A stretch of 63,620 nt of DNA, filler included, from Olpidium bornovanus S191 (taxonomy: Eukaryota > Fungi > Olpidiomycota): the NCBI GenBank assembly GCA_017911155.1. It is 27 parts of 27 records of this genome, joined end to end, with 100 filler letters (N's around TTAATTAATTAA, not from the genome) between each part and the next. Parts side by side here need not be neighbours in the genome. Positions count along the whole stretch, not along the records: positions 12,447 to 17,465 come from JAEFCI010009289.1; positions 17,566 to 21,763 come from JAEFCI010010246.1; positions 21,864 to 24,995 come from JAEFCI010012504.1; 24 more parts are not named here. The stretch is one strand, 5' to 3'. This document shows positions 12,347-25,095 of this stretch, piece by piece. The notes beneath the pieces were generated by a model. The model saw nothing but the letters and a program-made list of their open reading frames with translations. It did not search any database and was not told the origin of the DNA. The translations under genes were made by a program, and so were the position numbers. How positions within the stretch are numbered: position 1 is the first letter of the stretch; every line of letters starts with the position of its first letter.

Positions 12347-12800
12347 NNNNNNNNNNNNNNNNNNNNNNNNNNNNNNNNNNNNNNNNNNNNTTAATTAATT
12401 AANNNNNNNNNNNNNNNNNNNNNNNNNNNNNNNNNNNNNNNNNNNNCATGATCCACCTTCGCGGTGCTTTGTAAAAGAGTTACCCCACATATCCCGCACC
12501 GGTTGCATTCGATCTTCTTTTCGAACCAGAAAACCATCCTTTGTCCTACTGCCATAGTGTCCTACGCAACCCCATTTTTACCCGGACTGCTAACTCATCC
12601 TGCGGGCGATATATCGTCTTCTACGCTGTGATATCAAAGATAAAATATTTTGTTCGTTTTAGGCAACAGCACTACAATTGCAAGATATCGACCCTCTGAC
12701 AAACTGCCCCTTCAAACTCATTGTAAGCCCATCTCGAGCCGTCTCGCGTTTTTAAAGTCTTCTGGTCGCCTCTCGGCGTTGTCTACTCTCCCGTACTTCA

Positions 12801-14475
<1,675 letters not shown>

Positions 14476-14566
14476 TTTTCTGTTTCCTTTTTCTTTTGCA
14501 GCTTTTCCGATGTGTTGTGCGCCAACAAGCACATCCGGGGCCGCAGGTTTGGATGAAAATCTGACG

Positions 14567-14576
14567 GTCACGTGCC
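14567..14576. promoter_or_regulatory. E-box GTCACGTG about 90 bp upstream of the PQ-loop ATG
   Basis: GTCACGTGCC; bHLH (Cbf1/Tye7/CLEAR-type) motif; function inferred from position only. Confidence 0.35.
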
Positions 14577-15954
14577 GACGGAGGCGCCCTGGGCGAAAGT
14601 CCGAAACATCTGGCGCTCGCCCGGCGCGGAAGACGGAAGTTTCACGGGTGCCGGCAGGGCCTGAACATCCCGCTCCGCAGCTCAACGGGCGAACCAGGTT
14701 GGCACGGGTTGCTGCGCCGCTGCTCACTTGAGAAAAATGTCGTGGTCCCTTGCGCCGTTCAACAATTTAGCCGAAGATGACGCAGTTGCGACATAGGACG
14801 ACACGGTTTCCAGATGATGGTCCTGATCCCCCAGCAACCTGTCGACCTGCAAACAGGTAGATTTGATAGAAATCTTGTTTTCGAATTCGGGTAAGGCAAT
14901 AATTCCGGGATGTATGTGAGACATGTTGCCGTCTGCGGGAATATCTAAGGGCCTCAATAAGGTGGTGAGGGATGAGAGTCTGGCACCTACCTATCAGTGA
15001 GAGCACCTGCGGCCTTGAAGCTGGTGTGAAGGATTGCTTCATCATACCATGGCCGTACCATACCGTTGGCGACCGTGTGCTCTCTGATTTAAGGCATTTT
15101 CATTTTGCGTTTCCTACTTGACGAGCGGCCCTGATGACACGTGGGTCATAAAAGTAGAGGGGGGCGGCGGAAGGCGGCCCAAACGGCCCTTCACGTGACT
15201 GGCGAACAACCAAACTCACTTTGGCCGGCCGCACCGTCTGGCGAACCTCACCGATCGTCGCTTCGTTCGCAATCGACATTCGCCGTCTCACACATCCCTC
15301 ACCTACTTTGCGCAGCTGCGTGTGTGGCCACGGAGGGCAAACAATACGCGGCGTCCGCGGTAAATCGTCCGCGCGCGTGGAATTGATGCGGCCGCCGACC
15401 TTTCGGAATTTCGCGTACACCATGGGTCGACCACCTTCGCGGCGGCGCCCGCGGTCCCGTGAGTAACCCCACGAGCTTTGATAACCCACGACGTAGAGCA
15501 AGCGCCGTCAAATCGAACCCCCCATCCATCGACGTGTAAAAGGGGCAAGACCACGGCGCCCGCGATACGCACGCGTCCCGCACACACACAAGCAAAATCA
15601 TCCCCCCCCCTTTCAGTGATCGGTTGTGGGCGATTCGCGCATCGGAACAACCATCAGGCCCCGCGCTTCTCGTTCAATTGGAGCCCCGGCTCGATAGCGT
15701 CAGCTGCCTCGCCGGGCATCGCCCCCATCGTCGTTTATTTGATTCTTGCGAGCGATTGTCGTGGTCGCTCAGTTCGCTTCACGTTCGTGTCCCGCCGTGA
15801 GGGCGCGAACAACTTGACGCGCCTCCCCGCCCGACACATCGCCCCAAGCTCCCCGCGAGCCAGTAACTGGTCGCTCCTGCCCCCCCCCCCCCCCCATCGA
15901 CCTCGTTCGATCCTCAACGTCGAGAATTGTAGCCGACAGCTGCCCAAAAGTGAA

Positions 15955-16560
15955 AGCTGTCCTTGACAGTGGTTGCACGAGACACATGGTGAAGGATCCA
16001 AAGTGATTCTCAACCATGTCACCCCTTACTCAAACCGTGCAGCTGCTTAATGAGATGATCAAACGGTGCAAGGTGAGGAGACAGTGAAAATGATGACACC
16101 GGACCGTTTGATAATACATTTGCGAGGTGTATTACATACGCCAACCTTACACATGTCTCTACTATCCGTCCCTGCCACAACATACCACAGGCGGCACATA
16201 CTGTTCAAATCCGACGGGCAGACAATTGATCATGCGCGGAGCAACGTCACGTGTGTTGCTTTCGTTGCCACAGAAACATGCGATGAAAACAAAATGACAC
16301 CCTTCAATCATTGTGATGCCGGCACGATCTGCGATCTCGGAAGTGGTGCTGGTTACATCAGAGACTAAATTACCCGTTCACGACATTTGGCATGCTCGAC
16401 TCAGCCATTTTAGATATGACAACCTCCGCACTCGTCAGCATCAAGCCAAATGGACTATTGCTGCAATCAATCTGTCACGCTAGGCGGAAGTCAAACCTTG
16501 TCAATTCGCGGAGCAGATCAGATAACCCCACCCTCCATCGACGACTATCCATGAACCCAG
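15955..16560 (+). mobile_element. Degenerate Ty1/copia remnant: protease to GAG-pre-integrase
   Basis: VLDSGCTRHMVKDPK* (copia protease DSG), IIHLRGVLHTPTLHMSLLSV and DIWHARLSH; stops and frameshifts present. Confidence 0.8.
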
Positions 16561-16699
16561 AAAAATCATCTGTTGTCAAGATATTTTGAGGACCGGCGAG
16601 AAGACGGTTCATTCGGAGACAGCGGGCGGTGGGAAGCTAGTGTAGCTAATATCACGCGACTACCTTGGCTGGGTACGCAATCCAACACTTCCCTACTAC

Positions 16700-17465
16700 G
16701 CGACGTTGATCCCGCCGCTGTGTCGCACAAACGCCCGCAGGTCCCCATCCTCCCACCGGCGTCAACGACTCCTAGTCCCATGGTGTGCTTGATATGTTTC
16801 AGCCGTCCGATCCGCTGTTTGTGGCTTCGTGTCAATAGGCTTAACCGTTGTTGACCGGGTTGTGGGCCAACTGCAGCGCGCCCCGGGTTGTCCTCGTAAA
16901 GGGTAATTGGCGTTTTTTGATTCGGCAGCAATGGCAGTCTTCCACTTGTCAGAGTTCTTCCCATTCACGGCCTCATTGAATGTCAGTGGCTCTCCCAGAA
17001 CGTGCGATGCAGCATTTGTCGTCATCCGGGTGACTGTCTCGGTCGGCGGAACCCCATTTTCATCATCACCTCCCACACGAGCATTGCCCGCGTTGGCTTC
17101 CTAAAAATCTTCTTCGAAGTCCGCGTATTCCGCCTCATCTGGAGGTTTTCAGGTTGATTAGCTGCTACCGGTAATTGCCCTTTTCTCCTGGCATAACCGG
17201 GTCCTGCTCGCCCTCCCCTACGCGCGCCGCAAAGGCACCCGTTTCTTCGAAGAACGCAACATTGTGCGGCTCCATATGATTCGGCGGATCTCCGGGTTCC
17301 AAAGCCTCCAGTCCTTGCTCGAATCTGGGGTGCTCAAGCATCACTGCTCGCTCGGCCTTGTCGCCGAGTTTGCCTTCCTTGATTAGTAAGGCTGGAATGC
17401 GGACTTGGGGCGAGGCGCCCGAATACGCGGAGGTGGACCTCAATGGGCTTGCGCCCCTGTCATGC
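16700..17465 (-). mobile_element. Degenerate, internally deleted Ty1/copia remnant (integrase C-terminal part fused to RNase H C-terminus)
   Basis: GKLGDKAERAVML, (S)KDWRLWNPEIRRIIWSR/NVAFFEE and EPLTFNEAVNGKNSDKWKTAIAAE, followed directly by KTPITLYEDNPG/LQLAHNPVNN/KPIDTK. Confidence 0.8.
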
Positions 17466-18207
17466 NNNNNNNNNNNNNNNNNNNNNNNNNNNNNNNNNNN
17501 NNNNNNNNNTTAATTAATTAANNNNNNNNNNNNNNNNNNNNNNNNNNNNNNNNNNNNNNNNNNNNACGATTAACACACAACGAGCGTATTTGAACTACGA
17601 CGCCCTGATTCCTCGTCGAGGATATGTAGGCAGTCTATGATCGTTGGATACCCATCGGGAGACACGGGACAAATACAAAAATCATGCAGCGTGGGACGCG
17701 AATAATTGCCGGAGGACACATTCGGGACCAGACCATACTCGCTCGTCGACCACGTTTGCTGACAGTGCTTTCTGCGGTGTTATGGACGGTTAGGTCGACG
17801 AGAGGGAGTGTGGCGCCTCGAGGCTCCAAACGTCAGGTTGAAGGCGAGGAAGGGATGGCGGGGATCTGGAATGAAGGAGGCAGGGCGACCAAGTTTCAAC
17901 TATCAAATGCTAAGACCTTCCCCAAACACTTCGTTTCATCCCATTTGAATTTTCTCGCGTCGGAATGGCTTTTCCGTTGAGATTGGAGGTCTCCCTCGAG
18001 ATTTTTGTGGTATCCGGAGATGTGCTAAACCAGCACGTTTTGCACCTTGCAAGAACCTGGTCGTGTTATTTAAGCACTCTGCAGGCCCCGAACAACCCGT
18101 TCCGGGGGTCCCAAATCCAAAACTTGATCTCGAAATTCCACCATACTCACGGGTTTTTTTATTTTGTTTCCCTCTGGAGGGAAGGAGAAAGGGGAGTAGC
18201 GTTGCGA

Positions 18208-19486
18208 CTACGGAGCGGGTGGCATGTCAGCTGCCGCCGAGCCAGGAGCCGACGCGTTGCCGCTGGAGGAAGACCTGCCGGGAGCAACGGTCGCCGAGGA
18301 AGACCCGCTGGCAGATGGCGGCGCGGGCGCGGCCACCGAGGAAGGCTCGCTGGTAACAAGGGGCACGGGGACCGAAGAGGCGGAGGTCAACAACAGAAGG
18401 GTGACGGCGGCGGTTGTCCGCGACCGCGTGCTACGATGACTGCTGGGGGCGGTGGCGGTTGCAATCCTGCGACTTGTTGTGGAGGCAGAGGTAGAGCCGG
18501 ATGTTGCCGGGACAGGCGCGTGTCTGGTCGTTGACGCGGAGGCGTGGCTGGCGCGAGCCTGCGACCGCGTGACGCGATCCGAAGGGGGGGGGGCGCCCTC
18601 GTCCCTGCCGCCTCCCACGGGATTGTCGTCGTCGTCGCGCGGGACGTCCCGCCAAATGTCTGAGAAGAGAAAATTTTGTGAGCACGTTTGGCCCTGGTCG
18701 ACCCGGGACATGTCGATGGGAGGGTCCTCTCGTGCGACCGCGAGCCGGCGGAGAAAATTATAGGATTCGGCGCTTTGGCGGAGCTCCGGGAACCAAGAGT
18801 TCCGGCCCCGGGGAGAAATGGCTGCCGGGGCATCGTCTGCGAGTTCGGCGTCTGGCTGCGGCGGAGAGACCGGGTGCATGAGGACGCGAACATGAATATA
18901 ACTGTCGTTGGCGACGGGAGCGGGGCGCAGATCGTAGTCGCAATCTTTGGGGCCGCCGGGGCCACAATACTGCGTGTCTGACGGCAAGAACAGGAATTCC
19001 AGATTGCGAGGATCCGCGGGAAGCCAAAAGGAGGCTGGCCAATTCATGACCTGGAGGAAGGCGTCAATCATTGATCGGCGAAGTCTGCAAGTAGACGTGG
19101 AAGAGGTTATCTATCAAAGTGGAGTTGTAGTACGAAAAAGAGACCAAAACTGACTAGAGAAGGGCGACGCAGGCTTCGGTACTTCCGTCCTCGTGGACAG
19201 CGCGAAACCACGCGTAATGGATGAACCGGATCATCCGCCCGCGCAGAGTGCATTGACGTTCTGGCGTCGGCCGATCAGCAACGCACGTAGCTGCAGCCGC
19301 GAGCAAGCTGCGAGAATCGCGCAACCGATGCGCCCAGAAGGCCGTGTAGATCCGACGGGTGGTGGCGTCGAGACGCCTCTCGGTGAAGGCGGACGGGGTG
19401 GGCGCAGGGGCAGCGGATGCAGAGGACGACATTGTGGACGGGTGGACGTGGCGGAGACTGAAGTAGGGGGTAATGGTGCGGAGCAA
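18208..19486 (-). pseudogene. Intronless orphan ORF pair (110 aa + 287 aa) separated by a stop and a frame change
   Basis: ORF 19154-19486 (MSSSASAAPAPTPSAFTERRLDATTRRIYTAFWAHRL...) and ORF 18208-19071 (globular N-half, Ser/Thr/Ala tail). No family recognised. Confidence 0.3.
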
Positions 19487-19919
19487 GTGGCGTTGGTGGA
19501 GCCAAATCCGACTCGTTAAAAACCAAAAGAGCTGTCAACCACGTGATACACCGTGACTGCCGAAACAAGCTCGTCAGTCACGGGGGGGGCGGGCGGCTGT
19601 AGTGAAGGGGAACGAAGGGGACGAGGGGAAAACAGGAGAAACCGTGAGGAAACCAAAAACCGCGCATTAAATTCCAGAGACCGAACATAGAATTCCAACT
19701 ATTGCAGAAGAGTGAGAGGCTGGTTGCCACGGAGCAATTTGTACTACGCGTAGGCCTCTTCTCCCCCCCCCAAAAAAAACGCGTGCGAACCCACACGAAA
19801 GGCAGCCAACTCTCCTTCCTCCCACTCTCTCTTCTCTCTCTCTCTTAACGCGCACTCCCGCACTCTCGGCAAATACCGTCCCACGAATAAGAGGCCCTGC
19901 GCCGCCTTGAAAACCTGCC

Positions 19920-21763
19920 TTCCTTGGTCTCAGTTATGCAATAGTGCCCTCACAGGGAAGCTCTGGGCGGAAGTGTCGTGCGCCGTCGTTTACGTTTACA
20001 ATTGATCCTATCATACGGCCGTTGACGGGATCCCGCTGCATCGCATCGACCCCAATGGCCATATCCCGGATCTCTCGCATCTTCGGATCATCGGTTGCGT
20101 GGCGTACGCTCATATTCCAAAAATACTTCGGCCGGTACCTCGGAAGCTCACTGCAACGGCCGATACGTTGATCATGGTCGGATACTCCGACGTTTTGAAA
20201 GGTTGGCGGTTGTGGAACCCGGTCAATGATTCCGTCGTCAAAAGAGTCGACGTCACTTTCGACGAAGCGAAATTTTACCATCCTGATCTTTTTGGACTCC
20301 CTCGCCATGCGGTCGTTGATCCCGACCGTCCTCTGGATGAGACGCCGGAGGAAACGCAGGAGGATGAGATCAAGAGGATCTTGAAGCACGACGACGATTT
20401 TGACGGCCATGGTGAACGTCGATACCTTATCAAATGGCAGAACTATCCGTCGTCCGAGAACACTTGGGAACCCCGGGATTGCCTACTCGGCAGCCCTCAT
20501 ATTCTCACAGCGTACGAGCGCAAGGTTGGTATTCCGCCTGACCCTGTCGTTGCGTCACCTGCTATCACTTCCGATGTTTCTCTTGTTGATGCCGGACTTC
20601 CGGATCCGACCGTCAATGCTCACCCGGCCGCCGTGTCGGAGACAGGACTCCCTTCATTTTTCGCCTCTCCGTCGTTGCTCGGCTCGTGGCCACCCGAGCC
20701 GCACTCGTACGACGATGCAGTCAGCGGTCCGGAAGCAAACCATTGGAGAGAGGCGATGGCCAAGGAATATGCCTCGCTCCTTGCCTTGAATACCTTCAAG
20801 GTGATCAACCACGATGATTTGCCGCCGGGAAGCAACATCGTCAACAGCAAGTGGGTATACAAACAAAAGCTCCATCCAGACGGATCCCTTGATAAGTACA
20901 AGGCGCGCTACGTCGCCCGCGAATTTACGCAGCGGAAGGGCGTAGACTACGACGAAACTTATGCGCCGGTCATCTCGCATCAAGCGCTGCGCCTGATGAT
21001 CGCCTTCGCTACCGCGAAGCGGATGCCATTGATGCAAAACGATTATTGCAACATTTATTTGAAATTGCACCTTCGGCATCGGGTCTTCATGGAGCCAATT
21101 GTCGGCTTCCCGAATGATCGTCCCGATACGGCCCTGGAGATGATCTGTGCCCTCTACGGATTTCATCAATCTGCTTTTGAATGGCATGATGCCGTTGACC
21201 GTGACCTCAGGGAGCATGGCTGGTTACTTCTTCCCGTTGAACGCTGTCTCTAGGTAAGGTACCGCCATCGAAGGGGGGATGGCAATACGGAATATCTGAC
21301 GCCAGACCTGCTTGCTCTCCCCTACGGCTCGGCCATCGACCTATCGAAGCTCAGAAAAATCGCCGATGCGATGCTCCGTGTCGATGAGGTCGTTGACGCA
21401 GTCCTCAAGCCCTCCGAAGTTCTGGAGCTCGACGCAGTCCTCGGACTCTTCGTTGACGATGTCGTCTGGGGCGCGAAGACCGACGCAGACCGCATCGGAG
21501 AGGAGCTCAGGTCGAACTTCCATATGGATCCCGCTAGAGAAGCCACTCACGTCATTGGAATCCGTATCATTACGAATCCGAGCTGCTCCGAGCGGATCCT
21601 CATCCAGGATCACATTGTGTCGAAGATCTTGGAGCGCTTCGGCATGGCGAACTCGCACGCCGTTAAAACGCCAATCGATTCATTTGAGAATCTCGAGAAG
21701 CGCGTTGATACGGCCACGGCGAAAGAGATCCTCCGATACCAGCAGGTCATCGGATCTCTTCTC
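19920..21763 (+). mobile_element. Ty1/copia pol fragment: integrase C-terminus - chromodomain - reverse transcriptase; two in-frame stops, both ends truncated
   Basis: One frame: LWAEV..VYVYN*, GCVAYAHIPK..KL..MVGY..KGWRLWNP..DVTFDE, chromodomain, EPHSYDDA..WREAMAKEYASL, KWVYKQK..DGSLDKYKARYVA..TQRKGVDYDETYAP, LYGFHQS, FVDD, YQQVIGSLL. INT-before-RT order is copia. Stops at 20003 and 21251. Confidence 0.93.
20360..20524 (+). other. Chromodomain inside the copia pol
   Basis: EDEIKRILKHDDDFDGHGERRYLIKWQNYPSSENTWEPRDCLLGSPHILTAYERK matches the consensus YEVExIL..YLVKWKGY..ENTWEP..L. Confidence 0.9.
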
Positions 21764-21863
21764 NNNNNNNNNNNNNNNNNNNNNNNNNNNNNNNNNNNNN
21801 NNNNNNNTTAATTAATTAANNNNNNNNNNNNNNNNNNNNNNNNNNNNNNNNNNNNNNNNNNNN

Positions 21864-22389
21864 CAACTTTGTTGAGCTGCTGCGCAGCATGACGGAGAAC
21901 CCGGACGAGGTATGGACTTGGTGTGCAAACGTTTCCCACCCGCCTGGCGACTCGTTCGGCGCAGATCCTTGAACGCGCGGCATGATGTTCCTTTTGAACT
22001 GCGCAACCCCCACGCGATCAGATACCCGATCACATGGAGCACCTCCGGCAACTCTTCGTTAACATGCACCATCTAATAAATGAATACCGGCCGCATCAGG
22101 TGCTTGCATGGGATACTTTTCGCTTTCCGCTGACTGCCTAATTCTTTGTCATGTCGCTGACTTCGCTGATTGTGGCGCAGGCCAGAGAGGATCTACGGCG
22201 ACTTATGCAGGACCAGCTGGAAAGGAAGAGGGCGGAGAACACGGCAATACGGAGGTGCGGATCTGATGCGACCGTGATGACTTCGGTAGGACGCACCAGC
22301 TGATTTGAGCATGATGTACCTTCAGGACCTGCGAACATGTGATGGAAATTTTAGCACTGCCGATGAAGGCTGCCGGAGAAACAACCTGA
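21864..22389 (+). CDS. MED7: Mediator subunit 7, 3' part
   Basis: Exons NFVELLRSMTENPDE / IPDHMEHLRQLFVNMHHLINEYRPHQ (22022-22099) / AREDLRRLMQDQLERKRAENTAIR (22181-22254) / TCEHVMEIL...stop 22389. Confidence 0.9.
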
Positions 22390-23067
22390 TTAACGGACAT
22401 GCGTACTGAGATAAAATGTTTGGCATATAAATGCTTCATCTTAAACTTCATGAGATTCCAGTTGCCATTATTCCATTGTTCGTGGGCGCCTCGCAGTGAC
22501 GTCTTGATGTCAAGTACAGCGGTGTTCTGCACGGCATCCGCTTCCAGCCCACACTATTCTGGCCGGCACAGTAGAATTCAAAACCCGCGATGTTTTCGCG
22601 GTGACAAACAGGCGCCTTATCGTGCACATCACGCCGATAACCAAGCAACGTGGAATGGAAATGTCTGCGATTTTACGCTCCGCCTCCTCGCAAGGGCGAA
22701 AGATAACATTCGAAAATCGGACGAACAAACGCAGAAAATCGCAGTGTGGATCAGCTTGCGTCATGCAGCAACCAGCCTCGTTGTGATGGGCAAACGTCTT
22801 GTTCGCTAGTTGCTCGACTTGCCCTTTGACAGAGGATGTCGGGAAACCATATGACTTAAAATCCCTTGCTCCGACTGTTCGTCTCATTTATTCCCATTTC
22901 AAAATCTGGTCGCCGGTCCAGCAATGGCCAGCCCTGAAACGTTCTGCCTCGAAGCTAGTCTGATTTCGTTCTCTCGTGTACTCGTTTCGCCTTTCTTATT
23001 GGCCCGTTACTTTGTCGTCGAACACCCGCCACAAGTATAAACAACTTTTCTTTCTTTCTTTTTTACT

Positions 23068-24826
23068 TCAAACGAGCCCCAGCTCCGTCGCTTTCTCGAG
23101 CGATTCTGCGACCGTGGGGCGGGCTGTGGGGTCAATCACCAGCAAGGATCGCACCAGCGTCACCACGGTGGCCGGGTAGGGCAGTCTCCGCAATTCGGTC
23201 TCCGACGGAAAGGGAATCGCGCCCATAACTGAGGTGTGGGTGCCGTCGAACGGCTGTCGGCCGAAAGTAAGCGCGAAAAGCACGCAGCCCAGCGACCAGA
23301 CGTCGGTGCGCTCGTCGATTTCGCACTCTGACGGGACAGAGAAGAGTTCAGGGGCGCGGAAAGGCGCCGAGCATGTCTCCGCGGCGGTTTCTTCCAGTTG
23401 GAGGGCCTGCGAAGCTCGGATTGTTCAACGGAATCGCGCGTGAACGAGCGGCCGCGGAATTTCGCCCCATCGACAATGCAAAGGCAATCGGGCATCCTTC
23501 CCCGAAAACCTGATCTCGCCTACGTATCCCGGCCCTTACCTCTTTTCGCGACCGGATCGTCCAGCGAGATGGCGCGACAGAGCCGAGGTCCGTGAGGACG
23601 CCTGCGCCGTTGCTATCAATGAGAATATTCGCAGGCTGAATTGAGATCATTCCCGTGTAGTTATGGTCGATACGCTTCAGTGACCAAAAAAGAAATAGTC
23701 TTTACACGAGAAATATGGGACAGTTTCACTCTCATACTCGACGTCACCTTTAAATCCCGAAACGCCAGCGGCGGGTCTTTGGTGTGAAACGCTCGCAAGG
23801 CTTTACAGCATGACACGTATATAGCCATAACTTGCGCAAGTGGTAATGGCTGCTTCGAAGCGCCAATCCGGTCGACGAGGTCTTGTGCCGTGCCATTCTG
23901 TCGTTTTCGACCGCGGATCAAGCAGCGATCTCGTGCGCAATGCGCCAAAATCCGCCAACTCCCCCACGCCAGGACGGGCCGGTTCGCCCAGTCCGGTCAA
24001 ATGGCCTTCCACATTCTTACCCTGTAAAAAGGCAGCAGCAGCACGCCTTCCCTCATCCCGCTCTTGAGCTGAAAGATCGCGTGGTCGAGGAGACGGATGA
24101 CGTGCGGGTGGTCCGGGACCGCATAATGCGCCTGCACTTCCCTGTCGAACCGGTCAGCCTGCTCGTCGAGCTGGATGCGGATCCGCTTCAGCGCGAACTT
24201 CTGGGCGGTCCGAGCCTCCTTTGCAAGGTACACGAACGCAAACCCGCCCTCTCCCAGCTTCTGGACCAGCCGGAGGTGGCGGTAGTGCAGCCTGGTTACC
24301 AGCGAACGGGACCGCGAGGAGAACCGGAATTATTCCCGCTCTCAGAAGCGATCGTCGCTTGCCAAGCGTTTTTTTCTAGTTACCGCAGAACACGTTCGCG
24401 TTTCGGGTCCTGGGTAGGAACGATTTAACGACGGTGAAACGCGTTCGATTCGGCGCGGCCTTTTTTTAGAAGTGGCACGCCGGAAACTCCCTGATTCTCT
24501 TACCAGCCATTCCTCCACAAGGAAAACCAGTCGCTGCACCAGGATCATCGCAGCGCCGACGGGCCAATGAGCGGATCGGGGCGAGTCCAGAAGGAAAGCG
24601 TGGTTTACGCTGTCTCAGCGCAGGCGACATGACCATCTCCTCTCGGCCGCAACGGGACGACCGCACCCACTCCGAGCAGGAGGAGGAGCGAAGCCCTTAC
24701 CCTCCCCCCTCGCTCCCCTCCTTTTTTTCTCGCGCGCGTGTTCGGCCGCATATCCACGCGACCCGTCTCGTCCGCTGCCTGCCGGGCGGACGCACACACC
24801 TGAAGACTCTGGAAGCAGCCATTCAT
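23068..24826 (-). CDS. ENV7: Ser/Thr kinase, ENV7/STK16 (NAK) family, complete, multi-exon with micro-exons
   Basis: MNGCFQSLQ/RLVFLVEEWL/DPKRERVLR/LHYRHLRLVQKLGEGGFAFVYL..FALKRI..HPHVIRLLDH..AFRDLK/PANIL..LTDLGS..CSAPFRAPELF..IDERTDVWSLGC. Confidence 0.9.
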
Positions 24827-24970
24827 TCGCGAAGACACCTCGGCGTTATCCGGGTAAGACGTTTCCTGCCGCCGCGGGTGTATCCCCCGTCGTTCGTCAG
24901 AAGAAAGAGCGGGTGGGGGACAGGGTCGGCTGCGCCGTTAGGGCAAAGCAGAGTTCTGTTGAGCGTCGCA

Positions 24971-24980
24971 GTCACGTGAC
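24971..24980. promoter_or_regulatory. Perfect palindrome GTCACGTGAC, 145 bp upstream of the ENV7 ATG
   Basis: Seen directly; bHLH-ZIP E-box consensus. Confidence 0.4.
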
Positions 24981-25095
24981 TGCATTTTTGGCATGNNNNN
25001 NNNNNNNNNNNNNNNNNNNNNNNNNNNNNNNNNNNNNNNTTAATTAATTAANNNNNNNNNNNNNNNNNNNNNNNNNNNNNNNNNNNNNNNNNNNN

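Noticed and set aside
20003-21253. In-frame stops in the copia pol as programmed readthrough or RIP evidence
   Set aside because: Both sit at conserved sense positions (N-R and CL-Y) and are single-base changes typical of decay; two sites cannot establish RIP.
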